This document shows positions 26,801 to 40,337 of a stretch of 64,000 nt of DNA, one piece after another; the first letter of the stretch is position 1, and each line of letters starts with the position of its first letter. The position numbers and the translations under genes are program-made. Location of the stretch: the NCBI GenBank assembly GCA_977017645.1, contig OZ360222.1:123442001-123506000 (forward strand), read 5' to 3'. Under the pieces are notes generated by a model. It was not told where the DNA came from. It did not search any database and worked only from the letters and a program-made list of their open reading frames with translations. The stretch is from Torpedo marmorata. Taxonomy: Eukaryota.

Positions 26801-29800
26801 GCAGCATTGAGTGATATATGTCTTTATTTTAGTTTAATTGCTGTTGAGGGCCATGGAGGGTTTACCTGTGGTTATTCGCTTTCAGGAAGTTAAGTAAGTT
26901 AGACAGATTCTATGGTAGTGCCAATTGTGTGTGGTGTATTGAAAAGCGCTACGTCAAAGGGTTAATTGGCCATTTCTCATTGCAGGCTTTCCTATATTAT
27001 AAACTGAGAGTACAGAATTGCCCCTTATTAAATTAAAACTATTGATCCAAAATCTGCAGCATTTGTCTGACAGTATATTTTTTTGTAGAAGCTTGTTATC
27101 TATTTGGTGACTGGTACCGTTTGTTTTTGAGCTCTTGCTTTTGAAGGTTGACTCATGACTTGTGAACTTAAAAATGGTAAACTTGGATTCTAATGTTTAC
27201 TTTTGGAACAAAATTCCTTCCAAAAAAATAAATAGTTTCATTGTGCATTTCTTAATCAGCTGTGTTTCGTAAATGACCTTCCAAATTTGCTTCATACTTA
27301 ATATTAGCATACAAAGCTCATTGCCTGAGTATTCCACAAATTCTATTATGGGTTGCCAATATATTACAATATTTTAGGATGAAAGATAGAATTGAGAAAT
27401 TACCCTGATGTTTAATTACCCATAAAGTATTGCTTTCTGTTTTATGGAACTTGTTCTCTAAAGCATTATCCAGAAGACCTAGTTTGCACAATGTTTCTAA
27501 ATTTGTCACACACTGCGGAAGGTAGCATGGAGCATGATGCTTCATGGTACACTGATCACATCTGGTTATTATCAGGTACATGTTGAAAATACTGGGCGAT
27601 AATTAAAATAACAGAAAGTTTAAAAAAAACAATTTATGTTGTATATGTAAAGCTTACATAGCAGCATATGACAAGAAAAATAGCTTCAGGCTGCATTTTG
27701 GAAAATAATCTGCCCCAGAGAGCAGGCCATCCTAAAGTCTAGGTTTAAGAGGGCTTGCTTCCAATAACCCAAAACTCCTTTCTTAATATCCTTCTTTCAT
27801 CTGATGGAGTTTTCAAAAGCATGTGTAAAATTTGTCTAATTTGATAACAGGAATACTAATATATGGCATTCCAACACATTCTTGAGACAACTGTACTGTG
27901 GCAGCTGGATATATTCCTAGAACTTGCTCAGCTAAACAGAAAAGTCACATTGGAAATATTACTATTGGTCATTGTAAGTTCAAGATGTTCATCAATATGT
28001 CTATCATTTGGGATGACAGCACCTCATGTAGTTTTATCTGCAGAATAGAAACATTATCATAAATATTCTTTCTTTAACTCTTCAACATTGTCCAGCTGGA
28101 ATTCAGTGTAGCTGGGCAGTTGTTAACAATGGATAAATTTAAAAGAAAACTTTATGAATCAGTTTGAAAGTGTAATTTTGTTTTTTTTAATCATCAAGTT
28201 AGTAGCGATTGAAATATTTGGCATATAATTGAACTTGGCCAGGAAGCTGGAACTGCACAGTTGTATGGACCCGATTTGTACAAATTGAATTTAAAGTGAA
28301 GAACAATATTTATTTATAGAGAACAGTTGTTTGCAAAGAATTTGGTGCACTAGATTGTGCCAAGATTTATTATGTTGAATTGATATTTGTAGACATGTTC
28401 ATTATATTTTTAGCATCATTAAAGGGAATGCTCTCTTCATTTATATAGAAATGAATAGGTATCTTGTGTGACAGATTTTGGTGAATACACTTTACATGCT
28501 TTGTAACTCTTGTCAATTAATGTTACTGGATGGTTTATTTGTATCTCGATGATCAGTGTGAAAGTTTTACTTCTTTTGACTAAGAAAAGGTAACGTGAAC
28601 GACTCTTCATAAAAGTAGTCTAGTTTTCAAAATGTTCTTCCAATTCTGCTGATGTAGTTTAACCATAAAATAAATAGATCATATTTTTGCTGTGTAATTT
28701 ATTATCTTTCATTGTTTGATGGCCAACAAAAATAATCATGATAATTTCAGATTCGTATTTATCATTTCTTGTCCAGGCCAAATGAATGTGATAGGAATGC
28801 TGCGATATTCACATTGAATTTAGTATAAACAAAATATTGTATCTGCATCTGTAATTTTGAATTAAAATTTACAGCTATTAAAATAATATTTTGACAAATA
28901 TACTCTGTGATCTTATGACAGGCTTATATGGAGTGAAATTATGGCTAGAATATGATTTCTGCTAATCTGCTTCCATTTAAATATGAAATGTTTGCCAAAT
29001 GACCGAGCAGGAATACAATAAAGCAAATAAAACCATAGGAAGAAAATATCTACATCACAAAACTCATTCCAAGAGAGATATGATTGAGTTTTCAAAATAG
29101 GAAGATGAATTGAAAAGACAGGTAGATATTTATTTCTTCTGTTTGGAAAGTTGGTCCATAAATCAGACTCCAACCTTTCAGGAGTAAAGTTCGGAGAGCC
29201 TTCTATGAAGTGGTAGAAGTTTAGGACCAGCTTCTACAAATGGTCAGTTGTTAATCTTAAATCTAAGAGTGACAGAATTTTGTTAGTCGAATGAATTGGC
29301 ACAGATGTGTGTATGCAGGAGCTTTGTACAGAAAAGCCACAATTTCTATGAATAACAAAAAATGCTTGAGGAGCTTAATGGTCTTCTCTTGTTTCCTGAT
29401 TTCTAGATTCAAATGTTCCATTTGCTTTTTTAGTGTAATCCCAGTACAGCTACAGGTAGATTAAGGTAGATGGCACTGTGTTAAACAATATTACTTCTCA
29501 GTAAATCAGCAGTCATTTTTTGAAATTGGCAATAATTAAACTTCTCCTTTGGAAATCTTTCTTGTTGGCAAACACCTTTTGTTCCCAGTTGGATCTTTGA
29601 ATGTTCAGTTGATGGAAATAGGATGGCATCATATATTAGTAACAAAGGAAGCAGACAGTACATGCAAATGTGACATAGCAAAGTGTAACTGTAGAAATCA
29701 AATAAGGAAAATTCAATGGATCCAATACTGTTCTGAGGACTAGAAATGGTTGAAGACAATTCACAGTGTCTAGGTATTATTTTAAACTTTGTCTAATAAA

Positions 29801-31758
29801 CCTTCATTGTTTCATGTAATCTGAAGTGGCATTTATCAGTCAAAACACGTTACCTTCAGGCTATTGCAAGGGGGAATTCTGAATTTGTGTGCTACATGTC
29901 GGGTTATTATGTTTCATGCATTGGAACAAGGGTCACTTATTTACAGTGTATATATTCTAAATCTCTTGCTTTAACTACCTGATCCATTTTGTAAATGTAA
30001 TTATGTATGTGTCCCACTTTCCGCTTCCTGATTTCACTCTGTCCAACTCTGATCACTCTTGGTGCAAAGTTCACTACCCATAATAACAAGGACCCTCTTG
30101 GTCAAAAATCACTGGGGCAATTTTTGTGATGCTATTCTTACTGTCCTATCTTGTTTTCCTTCAACTCTCTGCAGTGTCCAAATGATCATTCACACCATCC
30201 TATGCATTGCCTTTTCTCAATGCTACATTCATGAGAATATCTTCTTATGCTGAAGTGCTGGTATATAACATTCTTAGGCTGAAGTGGCTGGTATATTTCA
30301 AGTTCCCATAAATGGTTGTCTTGTTTTCATTTACCAGTTCTCCATGGTATTATCTGTGAGAATAATGTTAGATTCCAACTCCATCTGATAATTAAAAACA
30401 GTCTTGATGAAGGGTTCCCACCTGAAACGCTGACCATTCTTTTACTCCCACTGATGTTGCTTGACCTGCTGAGTTCCTCCAGCAGCCTGTATTTTGCTCC
30501 AGATTCCAGCATCTGCAGTCTCCCGTGTCTCCATGCTGATGATCCCCAACTATCCCCTCCCTTCATTTCATAACCATCATTGAACATTTGTAACTTAACA
30601 GTTCTGCTAGGAACTCAACATGTTAATTTCTGACTTGCCCTTGCCTGGCTAAGCTTAATGCTGTATTACCCATATGCCTAGTTTGTCCCTGAAAATGTCA
30701 GTCAAATTGAGGATCATAGCTGAACTTTAATATTAATCAACCCCACTTTCTCTATCCCCTACCTTGTTTCCCAAATGACACCATACAATTTCACTTGCAC
30801 TTCCAAAATAACAAGTGCCTACAATCTTACATCACTTACACAGTTTTGTTACCTTCTGGACAAGCTATGTAGGATTTGTAAGTCACCTTGTAAGCTACAC
30901 CTTTCAGAGGAATCAGCCCTCCCAGATGTGTTTGCAGAATGAAGTCCAAAGTGAAGGAGCACTGATACATTTTAGGTTGCAGAGAGCAGTAACATTTTGA
31001 TGCAGGGTTGCTACAATGTGGAAGTTACTAATGTCAATTACTGATGCAGGCGCTATGTCAATGTTGAAGTAATGGAAGGAAAGGAGGATAATGTGATTCA
31101 GGAATAGGGCCGGCATATGGGATTCGATTGGGACACCAATAACCACTTATTGAGATGAGTGATCCTTGTATTTTTTCTATGCTCTTCTGGGGAATTCTCT
31201 CACCACGATCTCTCTTCATCCAAACTCCAGTTCTTCTACAGTTCTTTTTCATCCACTTTGTAGTCAATGGGAAAGATTTCTACTTTATGGATGTTAAATG
31301 TATGCAGTTATAATAAGAGATAGTATTGGTTAATAACAAGCACAGTGCCTTACTAAGATACATCGGACATTCAAGATGGTTTGTTTTTAATATGGAAGGA
31401 TGTTAGTTTTTTTAAAATAAGCAATTGTGAATGAGTTCATAACACTTAAAAGTGGGATAATTACTCAACTAATTTTATATTTAAATGGGAAAAGCAATTA
31501 GCAGCTGCAAGTAATTTTGGTGATGTTGCTCGAGGATCAAACATTTCCCAGAACATCAGAAGATTTTGTGTCTCCTTAAATTCTGCCATGGGGTCTTCAA
31601 TAACTTATTCTTTTCTGGGATGCATATTTGATTGACAGGCCTGGTACTTATCGACTATCCCTAAATAGCCTTGAGAAGTTGTTGGTGAGCTGCTTTCTTG
31701 AACCATTGCAGGCACACCCACAAGGCTGATAGGGAGCTCAGAACTTTGTTCCACTGTT

Positions 31759-32070
31759 TCTTTTCTTTTTAAAATATTTTTATTGTTTAATATATAAATC
31801 TTACATACAAATTCTTTAATAAAATACATAATGAGTCATTTCATATGCATATAATTAGAGAATAAGTAGAACTACCTTGAACAGTTCTTGATCTAGATAA
31901 AAAGTGGTTTTATCCAAGTTATGAATAATCTATAATAACCATATTAAACTCGTATTAACCAAATTTTCAAAATAAAAAGTATTAAAAAGAAAAAAAAAGA
32001 AAACAAACAAAAAAAAAACCCTAGGACTAAATCTATTCTACCCCCACCCTCTAATCAAGGTTATCTTGTA
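31759..32070 (-). mobile_element. L1 3'UTR fragment
   Basis: T-rich left end with TTTATT; minus-strand end AAACAATAAAAATATT is shared with the 13.3 kb L1; TSD TGTTCCACTGTT at 31747-31758 and 32071-32082. Confidence 0.85.
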
Positions 32071-32572
32071 TGTTCCACTGTTAACAAAGGATTGATGGTA
32101 TATTTCCAAATCTTGGTGGAGATTGGAAGACCTGTGAAATTATAATGCTTCTATCAGGCTGCCTGACTTTCATGTTGTAGGGGTCATGGGTTTGGGAGGT
32201 GTTGTAAAAAGTTTTTTATTCAAAAATTAATGTAGAAGGTATGAGGATTGCTGGCAAGGCCAGTATTTGTGGTCTACCTGAAATTATGTCCAAGTTGATT
32301 GGGGTATGCCTTGGTGAGCTGAGAGAGGGCCGATGGGAAGCAGGACTTTGGGCAATGTTTCTTCAGAGAAGAAACATTATTAGCTCTGAAAATGCACCAT
32401 TTCCTCAATACCTACTTTCAGATTTAATGAGGTGCTTAAGACCTGGAATGGAGCTTACACCCAACACCTTCAAAGATCTGCCATCAGACCTAAACTCATA
32501 ATTAAAAATTCTTGCAGTTAATTTTATATGTGCTTGTTTTAATTCCTTGATCATCATCAATAAGTAAGATGA

Positions 32573-35431
32573 ATTCATTTATACACTTCACAGATGAATC
32601 AAGATGTTGCAAAAATTGATAATTTTTTATCTAAAATTATATTGCCTAAATTGAATAGTTTTAATAGAGATTTGTTAGATTTACCAATTACAATGAGAGA
32701 AGTAGGTGAAGCTTTATCGTCATTGAAAAGTGGTAAATCTCCTGGTGATGATGGATTTCCGATAGAGTTTTATAAGAAGTTTAAAGATTTATTGATACCT
32801 ATATATATGGAAGTGTTGATTCAAATAAAGGAAACTCATTTATTACCGAAAACATTTTTAAATTCTATTATTACAGTTATACCAAAGAAGGATAGAGATG
32901 TATTAAAAACTGAGTCGTATAGACCTATATCACTGTTGAATGTAGATTATAAAATAATGGCAAAAATTTTGACAAATAGATTAGCTAAGTTCTTACCGTC
33001 TTTAATACATCCAGACCAAGCAGGATTTATTAAAAATAGATATTCGAAGGATAATATAGCAAGATTAATAAGTTTAATTAATTTACAAAAAAGGAAACAG
33101 GATTTGCCGTTAGTGATAGCATTAGATGCAGAAAAAGCATTTGATAGATTAGAATGGAATTTTTTATTTAAGGTTTTAGAGAAATATGGATTTGGAAATA
33201 CTTTTATAAATTGGATTAAGACTATATATAAGGAACCTACAGCTAAAGTAATTACAAATGGTCAAATATCATCTAAATTTTCTTTGACACGATCAACAAG
33301 ACAAGGATGTCCTTTGTCACCTGCTTTGTTTGTATTGGCAATAGAACCGCTGGCTGAAATGATTAGGAAAGATACTAATATAAATGGGATTAAAGTAGGT
33401 GCAGAAGAACATAAAATTAGTTTGTTTGCAGATGATGTATTAATATATATGACGAAATCTATTGAATCGCTTCAACAATTAGATAAGATATTGAGGGAGT
33501 ATGGTGAGATATCCGGATATAAAATAAATTCGGATAAGAGTGAGATAATGGCTTTATCTCAAGGAGACTATACTAAATGTAAAGAAGTTACAAAATTTAA
33601 ATGGGCTAAAGAAGCAATTAAATATTTGGGAGTTAAAGTAGATACAAAATTGGAAAATTTATATAAATTAAATTATATACCTTTATTTCAGAAAATAAAG
33701 AAAGATTTGGATAACTGGAAAGATTTACCTATAACTCTAATGGGAAGAGTGAATTGTATTAAAATGAATATTTTTCCAAGAGTTCAATATCTTTTTCAAT
33801 CTATACCTTTTGGTATTCCTCAAAAATTCTTCAAAGATTTAAAAATTATTATTAGAAAGTTTTTATGGAAAGGAAAATTGGCAAGGGTAAGTATAGATAA
33901 ATTAACTTGGGAACACGAAATGGGTGGATTACAGCTTCCCAATTTTCAATATTATTACAAGGCAGCACAATTAAAATTTATTAATGAATTTTTTGATTTA
34001 ACTAAAAATACGGCTTGGATTAATATAGAATTGAGTAATATAGGGGAAAGATATAAGGGAGATATTATTTATAAATGGAATGCTAATTTATTATTAATTA
34101 AAAAGAAAAAGTCGCCGATTATTAAACATTTATTGGAAATTTGGACTCAGATAATGAGATAGGACGAAAAGGATCAATATCTTTAAATATGCCATTATAT
34201 CAGAATTTATTGTTACCTTTTTCTATTGATAACCAATTTTTAAAATTATGGTATCAAAAAGGAATTAAGAAGATTAAAGATTGCTTTGAGGCGGGAAGAT
34301 TTGTTACTTTTTCTAGGTTGAAAGAAAAATTTGGAATAATGGTTAATACAATTTTGGCTTATTATCAGGTTAAGGGATTCTTAGTTGAGAAATTGGGGAA
34401 TCAATTAATATCTCCTAGACAAGATGGATTAGAGTTATTAATTACTAATGGAAATATTAATAAATTTATATCACAAATGTATAAATTACTTCAGAGAAAG
34501 ATGCCTAAAGTAGGACTACATAAATCTAGATTAAATTGGGAGTCAGATTTAAATATTAGTATAGATGAACAACATTGGAAAGAATTATGTAAATTGAGTA
34601 TGACTAAAATTATTAATGTTAGATATAGATTAGTACAATATAATTTTTTTCATCAATTATATATAACACCTAAAAAATTAAAGAAATTTAATCCGGCATT
34701 ATCAGATATGTGTTTTAGGTGTAAAGATGAAATAGGTTCTTTTGTACACTGTACATGGTCATGTTTAAAAATTCAAAATTTTTGTTCTAAAGTTAAGGAT
34801 TTTTTAGATAGAATTTTTAATATTACGATTCCAATGGATCCTATGATATTTTTATTTGGAGATATTTAAAAAATTAGTATTAGAAATAGATTGAATATGT
34901 ATCAAATAGAATTTTTACGAATTGTGTTAGCGATTTCAAAAAAATGTATCGCTATTACTTGGAAATCAGATTTAGATTTGAATTTAGATAGATTACATGC
35001 AGAATTACGTTCTTGTATACCATTGGAAAAAATTACATATAATTTACGAGATAAATATCATTTCTTTTTGAAAATTTGGAGCCCATATATGAGAATCATG
35101 GGTATGAATTAATTCTCTAGAAGTTAGTAACGCTGACAAAAGTAACCTCCAATATATAAATAGAGTTAGCTTGTAATGGTTTTCTCCTCATACTAACTCT
35201 TAAAACTATTATTCATTCTATTCTTTTTTTCTTTTAACTAATATTTTCTTTTTTTTTTCTCTCTTTTTCTTTTTCTCTTTCTTTTTATTAGAGTAGTGTG
35301 GGAGGGTTGGGGAGGGGAGGGTGGGAGGGGGGGAGGTAATATATCACATGTATTTTGAATGATATACTATTTTTGATTTATGTACTCTGTGATTTTAAAA
35401 GTTAAATAAAAATTAAAAAATAAAAAATAAA
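32573..35431 (+). mobile_element. 5'-truncated L1/Tx1-clade LINE (ORF2 RT, C-terminal CCHC motif, 3'UTR, A-rich tail)
   Basis: ORF 32594-34162 has KSPGDDG, YRPISLLNVDYK, LDAEKAFD, RQGCPLSP and LFADD RT motifs; frameshift near 34150; CFRC..HCTWSC motif; in-frame TAA at 34867-34869; ORF ends 35112; G-rich tract ~35300-35336; AATAAA 35405-35410; TSD AAGTAAGATGA at 32562-32572 and 35432-35442. Confidence 0.95.
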
Positions 35432-36084
35432 AAGTAAGATGATAGTAGCCACAGACTACAGCATAGGTTATCCGTAAAAAAAAAATAAAAAAAATTGTGA
35501 CTTGTATCTTATTCTAGTCGTGTAAAATATTTATTTCCTGTTAGTTATGCTGGAGTCGCTTTCAACATTACCTCCCAGCGCTGACTTTATCCTAGTTTGC
35601 AGTGGTAGGGGTTATTGGATGGATCTTTAGTCCCAGACTTCATGAAACACCAGCTCCCATTCCCACTTTGGTTGGTGAATTGTGATTACAGTTTTCTCCT
35701 CAATCACTGGCAATGTTCTTATGGATTATCTGTGAAAGGAAAAAATTCTTCATGGAACTGTTGTTGAAGCCAAAATACCTTTGCTCATTCTGTATGTTGG
35801 GCATGGGTAGTCAGGGTTTGCTATAACCTATGCATTTGGAAAACATGATCTGAAAAATCCTTACTACTTGTACTCCTCAACCCACCAAAATTGTGTGTTT
35901 TTAATTTGTCTTATGAACCTCACTCGAGCAGATATATCCTTTCAAATTTGGAAGCCTGACAGGTCAGAAGCTGTTTCCATCTGGCTGGAGGTCTAGTACC
36001 CGGGGTCACCATCCCAGTAGAAGACATGGTTCATGTACAGCTGAAACCTGGGAATTTCTTTTCATTCAGAGGAATCTTTGGAAT

Positions 36085-36590
36085 TCAAGTTTACATTCAT
36101 GCTAATGGTCACGTGCGCTGAGGTGCAGTGAAAAGATTTGCATTTTGTGCTATCCAGCAAACTTATGCATACAATAGGAACAGCAGAATAAAGCATAGTA
36201 TAGAGAGTTGAGTTAAAGTGAAAAATTAATTTGAATAGAGCAAGGACAAATTGTTTTACTTGTGAGGATCATTCTCTGGTCTGATGATAGCAGAAAATAA
36301 ACTGTCCTTGATGGTTGCATGATTTCACACTCTTGAATCTTTGTCTCAATAGGACTAGGGAAAATAGAGTGTGGCTGGGTGGGATAAATCCTTTAGTATG
36401 TTGGCTGCTTTGCTGAGGTATTGGGAGGTGGAGGTAGAATTGATGTTGTGAGCTGCATCACAGTTCTTTGCAGTATAATCTTGATGGTGCATCTGTCAAA
36501 GTCATTGATGGACACGGAGGACATGCCAAATTCTCTCAGGTTCCTGAGGAAGTATAGGCTTTGGTGAGCCTCTTGGCCATCTATCCCAGA
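36085..36590 (-). mobile_element. Degenerate Rex1-type LINE fragment
   Basis: Minus-strand QEAHQSLYFLRNLREFGMS...DFDRCTIKIIL matches the Rex1 KKAxQRLYFLRxL..FYRCTIESIL motif. Confidence 0.65.
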
Positions 36591-38889
36591 TGACCTGGAT
36601 GTAGTTCTAACTGCAGTTAGTCCAGATAATATGTTATTACCAAAAATACTTTTGCTGCAATGGATATTCAATGTAACAATGCGTAGAGACTAAAGATGTC
36701 AAGTGATATATTCAGAACATGTGACTGCCACCTTCAGCAGTGAATGGAAGAACATTCTGGGTCATAGACCATCAATCTTCTCTAATGTGGGTATGAGTTT
36801 TGGAAATGTTGATAGAAAGCGTTAACTCCCTTTGTCTGTGTTTGGCAGTTCTGAGTGTTTCTGTCTAGTTGCATTGCAATAGTTGAAATGAATTTAAAAG
36901 TTTGTTTTGATGTTAGTGGTTTTATAAATGTGGTTAGACCTCACCACTAATCTGTAGCTGAATAACAAGCTGCCACAACACTTTACTCCAGGTACCGCAA
37001 TTTATGGGAGTAGGATGGTAACTTTGACCCAATTTGATGGTGGGGTATGAGCAATTAACATATATAGTTTACTCCCAGCACATGCTCCATTAAACTCTAT
37101 AGATTGGGTTAAAATTATCACTATTGATTTTGAGAGGAAAAAGATTTAAAAGTTATCACCAGAAGAATGAAAGAAGTATGAAACCCATTAAATCTTTGTA
37201 TTTATCATCTGTGTGTATGCTTGAATTTGTCCCCAATTAGCACTGGCGGATACCACCATATCTAACCAGAATGCAGCAGGCACACTCGTTCCTGTACTTC
37301 TGGCCCTGATGACTCACATTATTATTCGGGATTTCTTTTGCTGCTGTTTTCTTGGACTCCATGCATTCGGAACAGTGCACATCTGTTGGGCAGGCATTGA
37401 TATGAAGTCCAACTAGCTATGTAATACTACTCTTCACATGCTACTGGCAGAGAGCATCTCATCACGATGCTTATTGATCTTGGAAACTCTCATGGTTGGC
37501 TGTAATAATTCTCCAGGGAAGTTGAAGCAGTCCACATTAGAATCTCTTCTTCAAATTTTAGACCTCAAAGTCACTTTAACAACAAGGCAAGCATTCATGA
37601 GGGATGTTATGCTGTGGATTTGGCATGTGTAACTTGGGTCTCTAGTACAAATACCACTGGTGTGGCCACAAGCTCAATGTTAGGATGAAGTACATATAAT
37701 CAATTACCTAGTGTTAAATGTATTGGACACCCCCAGTGTAACTTAGGCCACTGGCCAAAGCAGTGAGCATGGGCAAATGGCCTTCTCACTGCAAAATGGT
37801 CAATATAATCTTGAAACAGGTTCTCAGCAGGTACTGACTGCCTCTCATTCAATTTGTGTAGCTGGCAGTTTTGTACCATCAGTCTTAATTGCCTTTCATT
37901 GTGGATTCTCTTCAACATTACAGTCTGTTCCAGAGCAATAACTTGGGTATTGTCTGTTTCATTGGAAATAATGATAATACTCAGAAGAGTGGTGTTGTTC
38001 AGGTATAGCAGGTCCTTGCAGAGAGCAGTTGGAGCACTGGCAGAACTTGCTTTGTAGTTAGATGTTGGATGACAGTGAAATGTGGACATTTGCTGCCATT
38101 GTGCCAGCGGCTTTTAAGTGGGATTTTAACACGTACAGTGTTTAATATGGAAATCCCCAAACAACTGTCAATGATGCCAACAACACAAAGGCTACACTGC
38201 TTTGTAACCTTTGCCACATCAATCAAGTTACATTGACAAGAACTTCCATATTTACAAACTAATTTTGTTGTGAAGTCTAAGTCAGTTATAGGTGGAGTAT
38301 TAAGTCATAAAACTCTGTCCCCGAAACAGTATTTATTTCTGTAAATTTCATTGCATAGATATTTCAAAGCAAAATGGATGGTAGATTTTATTTAAGGTTC
38401 ATTTGTGATATTTAATAAATACTGTATGTTCTGATCTTTATTTTAGAATGCTAGCTAAAGATTGTGCTCATCTCTCCTTCTTCTTTAATATGACTGGCTG
38501 TTCAATCAGTTTGATGATTTAACAGCTGCTGGATATCTGGGAACCTCTCGAGCTGACTCCTGTTGGCAAGATACATCAGAAAAGGGGAAGTTCATGCCCC
38601 AGATTGTTTGATCTTCCCGAGCATCTTTCTTTGTAGTCACCTCTGGTTTGCTGTATAGAATTACTGTTCATGACTGTGTTCACACAAGAAATTTTGCAAA
38701 CACTGTGGTTAATGTAGCTCTGGTTTTGTACACCTTGCCAATTTTCTCAGTCACAATACCTTCCAGATTATCTACTGCAAATTTTGCAACAACTTTTTTT
38801 GTATGGGCTGAGTTACTTAATCATAAGATTTATTAGTTACATTACATTTTGTATGAGGTTCTTCATTAAACAAAGAAAGCAGTGGGGAT

Positions 38890-39477
38890 TCTGTGTTGTC
38901 CATGAGTTAGTTGTATCGTCTCAGATTTACAAAGGATATAGATTTATCCAACTGCAGAAACTTGTGCAGAAAATCAAGGCTGACATTTCCAGGGGGTAAA
39001 GGGTTCCATTATTGTCACATAATACTACATTTAGAATGTAACATACATAAAATTCTTTAATTTTTGTCTACCGTAAGGCAGACAGAAGGTCGCTACTTTG
39101 ATCAGCGCCCCTCACAGAAATCTACAGCACCTGGTGTTCCTTGGTGGTCTCCCCTCCAAGTACTGACCAGTCCTGTGCCTGATTAGCTTCCGAGATCAGA
39201 CAATCCCAGTTATATTCAGGCTATTGGTGCAAACATTGCAATGACCAAATAGTTCATCCTTCCAATGAGACATATATTCTCTCAGGTGGATATAAAATGG
39301 TCTCATGGCACCATTTTGAAGGGTGCCAGGGATGTCCTCCTTGTTGTCCAGGACAATCTTTATAGGTCCATTAATACCATATCATTCTCATTGCTGAGTG
39401 TGACACCTTTCTGAGCACAAATTGTATGCAGTGTTTCCTATTACAACAATTACCACTTTCAAAGTACTTATTGGTTG
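38890..39477 (+). mobile_element. Old SacSINE1/Deu-SINE-like element interrupted by the 5S SINE and the LTR
   Basis: Recognisable blocks AAATCAAGGCTGACA, CTCTCAGGTGGATATAAAA...CATGGCACCATTTTGAAG and GTTTCCTATTACAACA...TTCAAAGTACTTATTGG; boundaries approximate. Confidence 0.6.
38997..39222 (-). mobile_element. 5S rRNA-derived SINE (SINE3-like) or 5S pseudogene chimera
   Basis: 39118-39220 is the reverse complement of a diverged 5S rRNA (TCTGATCTCGGAAGCTAATCAGG...AGTACTTGGAGGGGAGACC...GGTGCTGTAG), followed by a ~120-nt non-5S tail ending TGTGACAATAAT. Confidence 0.8.
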
Positions 39478-40337
39478 TGTTACAAATTCAAACCAGCAAC
39501 GACAGAAGACGCAATGCAAAAGGGGCAAAATTGAAATTTATATTTATTAACGACAATTCAACATATAATTTCACAACAATCAACCCCACTATCAACGTCT
39601 ATAAACACTATTCTTATCTAAAGTGTGTGTGTGTGTGTAAAGCCCAGACCATTACAGTCTGTGCCCAACCCTCAAGAAAAAAAATAGAAAACCTTCCTCA
39701 AAACCCCAGGTCAGTCATAAAAATAAGTCAGTCCCAAAAATACAGTCCACAAAAATCACTCTCTATGTTCAGGGTCCAAATTCAGCTCTGTGCGCTGGCA
39801 CGAAGGACTTCTTAATGAACGTTGGGGAGAGAGACAATGACTGTTGAAGCTTACGAATGCTTGGTCTGCTTTCCTTCCGATGACTTTCCCTTTTGGTAGG
39901 TGCACGAGGGTTGCTGTTCCAAATCAGTATACTACTGATGGAGACATGTACTTGGATCCCACAGCCTGTCTCGCTGATCTCACGCCTGTTCTCCACGAAA
40001 GTTGCTTTATATCAGGATTTTGCTGATACAAGAGGCCATGTGCTATTTTCCCCCAGTCCTTCTTACTGGAATGCACAAGCCTGGTTTTGATGTTGTTGCT
40101 TCAGCCTTTTGCATCTCCAAACTGAATGCTTTTTGCAGAGGTTTGCACCTGCTTTTGCAAAAGTGCAACAAAGTATCTTTCCACAGCCTGTCTCTCTCTC
40201 TATGTATCTCTCTCTCTGACCACAGCCAGTCCTGGGCAAGTTAACTCTTTCAGTACCTGGTCCCAGTGTGTACTCAAAAGATGTCATCCTTCCTGCTGAC
40301 CGTCCACAGTCCAAATGGTCAGTCATGGTCCATAACA
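39478..40337 (-). mobile_element. Solo LTR (860 bp; Gypsy or ERV type)
   Basis: Termini TGTTA...TAACA (perfect inverted repeat); 4-bp TSD GTTG at 39474-39477 and 40338-40341; minus-strand TATAAA (40006-40011) and AATAAA (39543-39548). Confidence 0.8.

Noticed and set aside
32594-34162. 522-aa RT ORF as a retron, DGR or domesticated host gene
   Set aside because: Non-LTR L1-type motifs, downstream frameshift and stop, 3'UTR, A-tail and TSD show an ordinary truncated LINE insertion.
39118-39220. Functional 5S rRNA gene
   Set aside because: 5' end missing, many substitutions, no tandem array, and fused to a retroposon-like tail.
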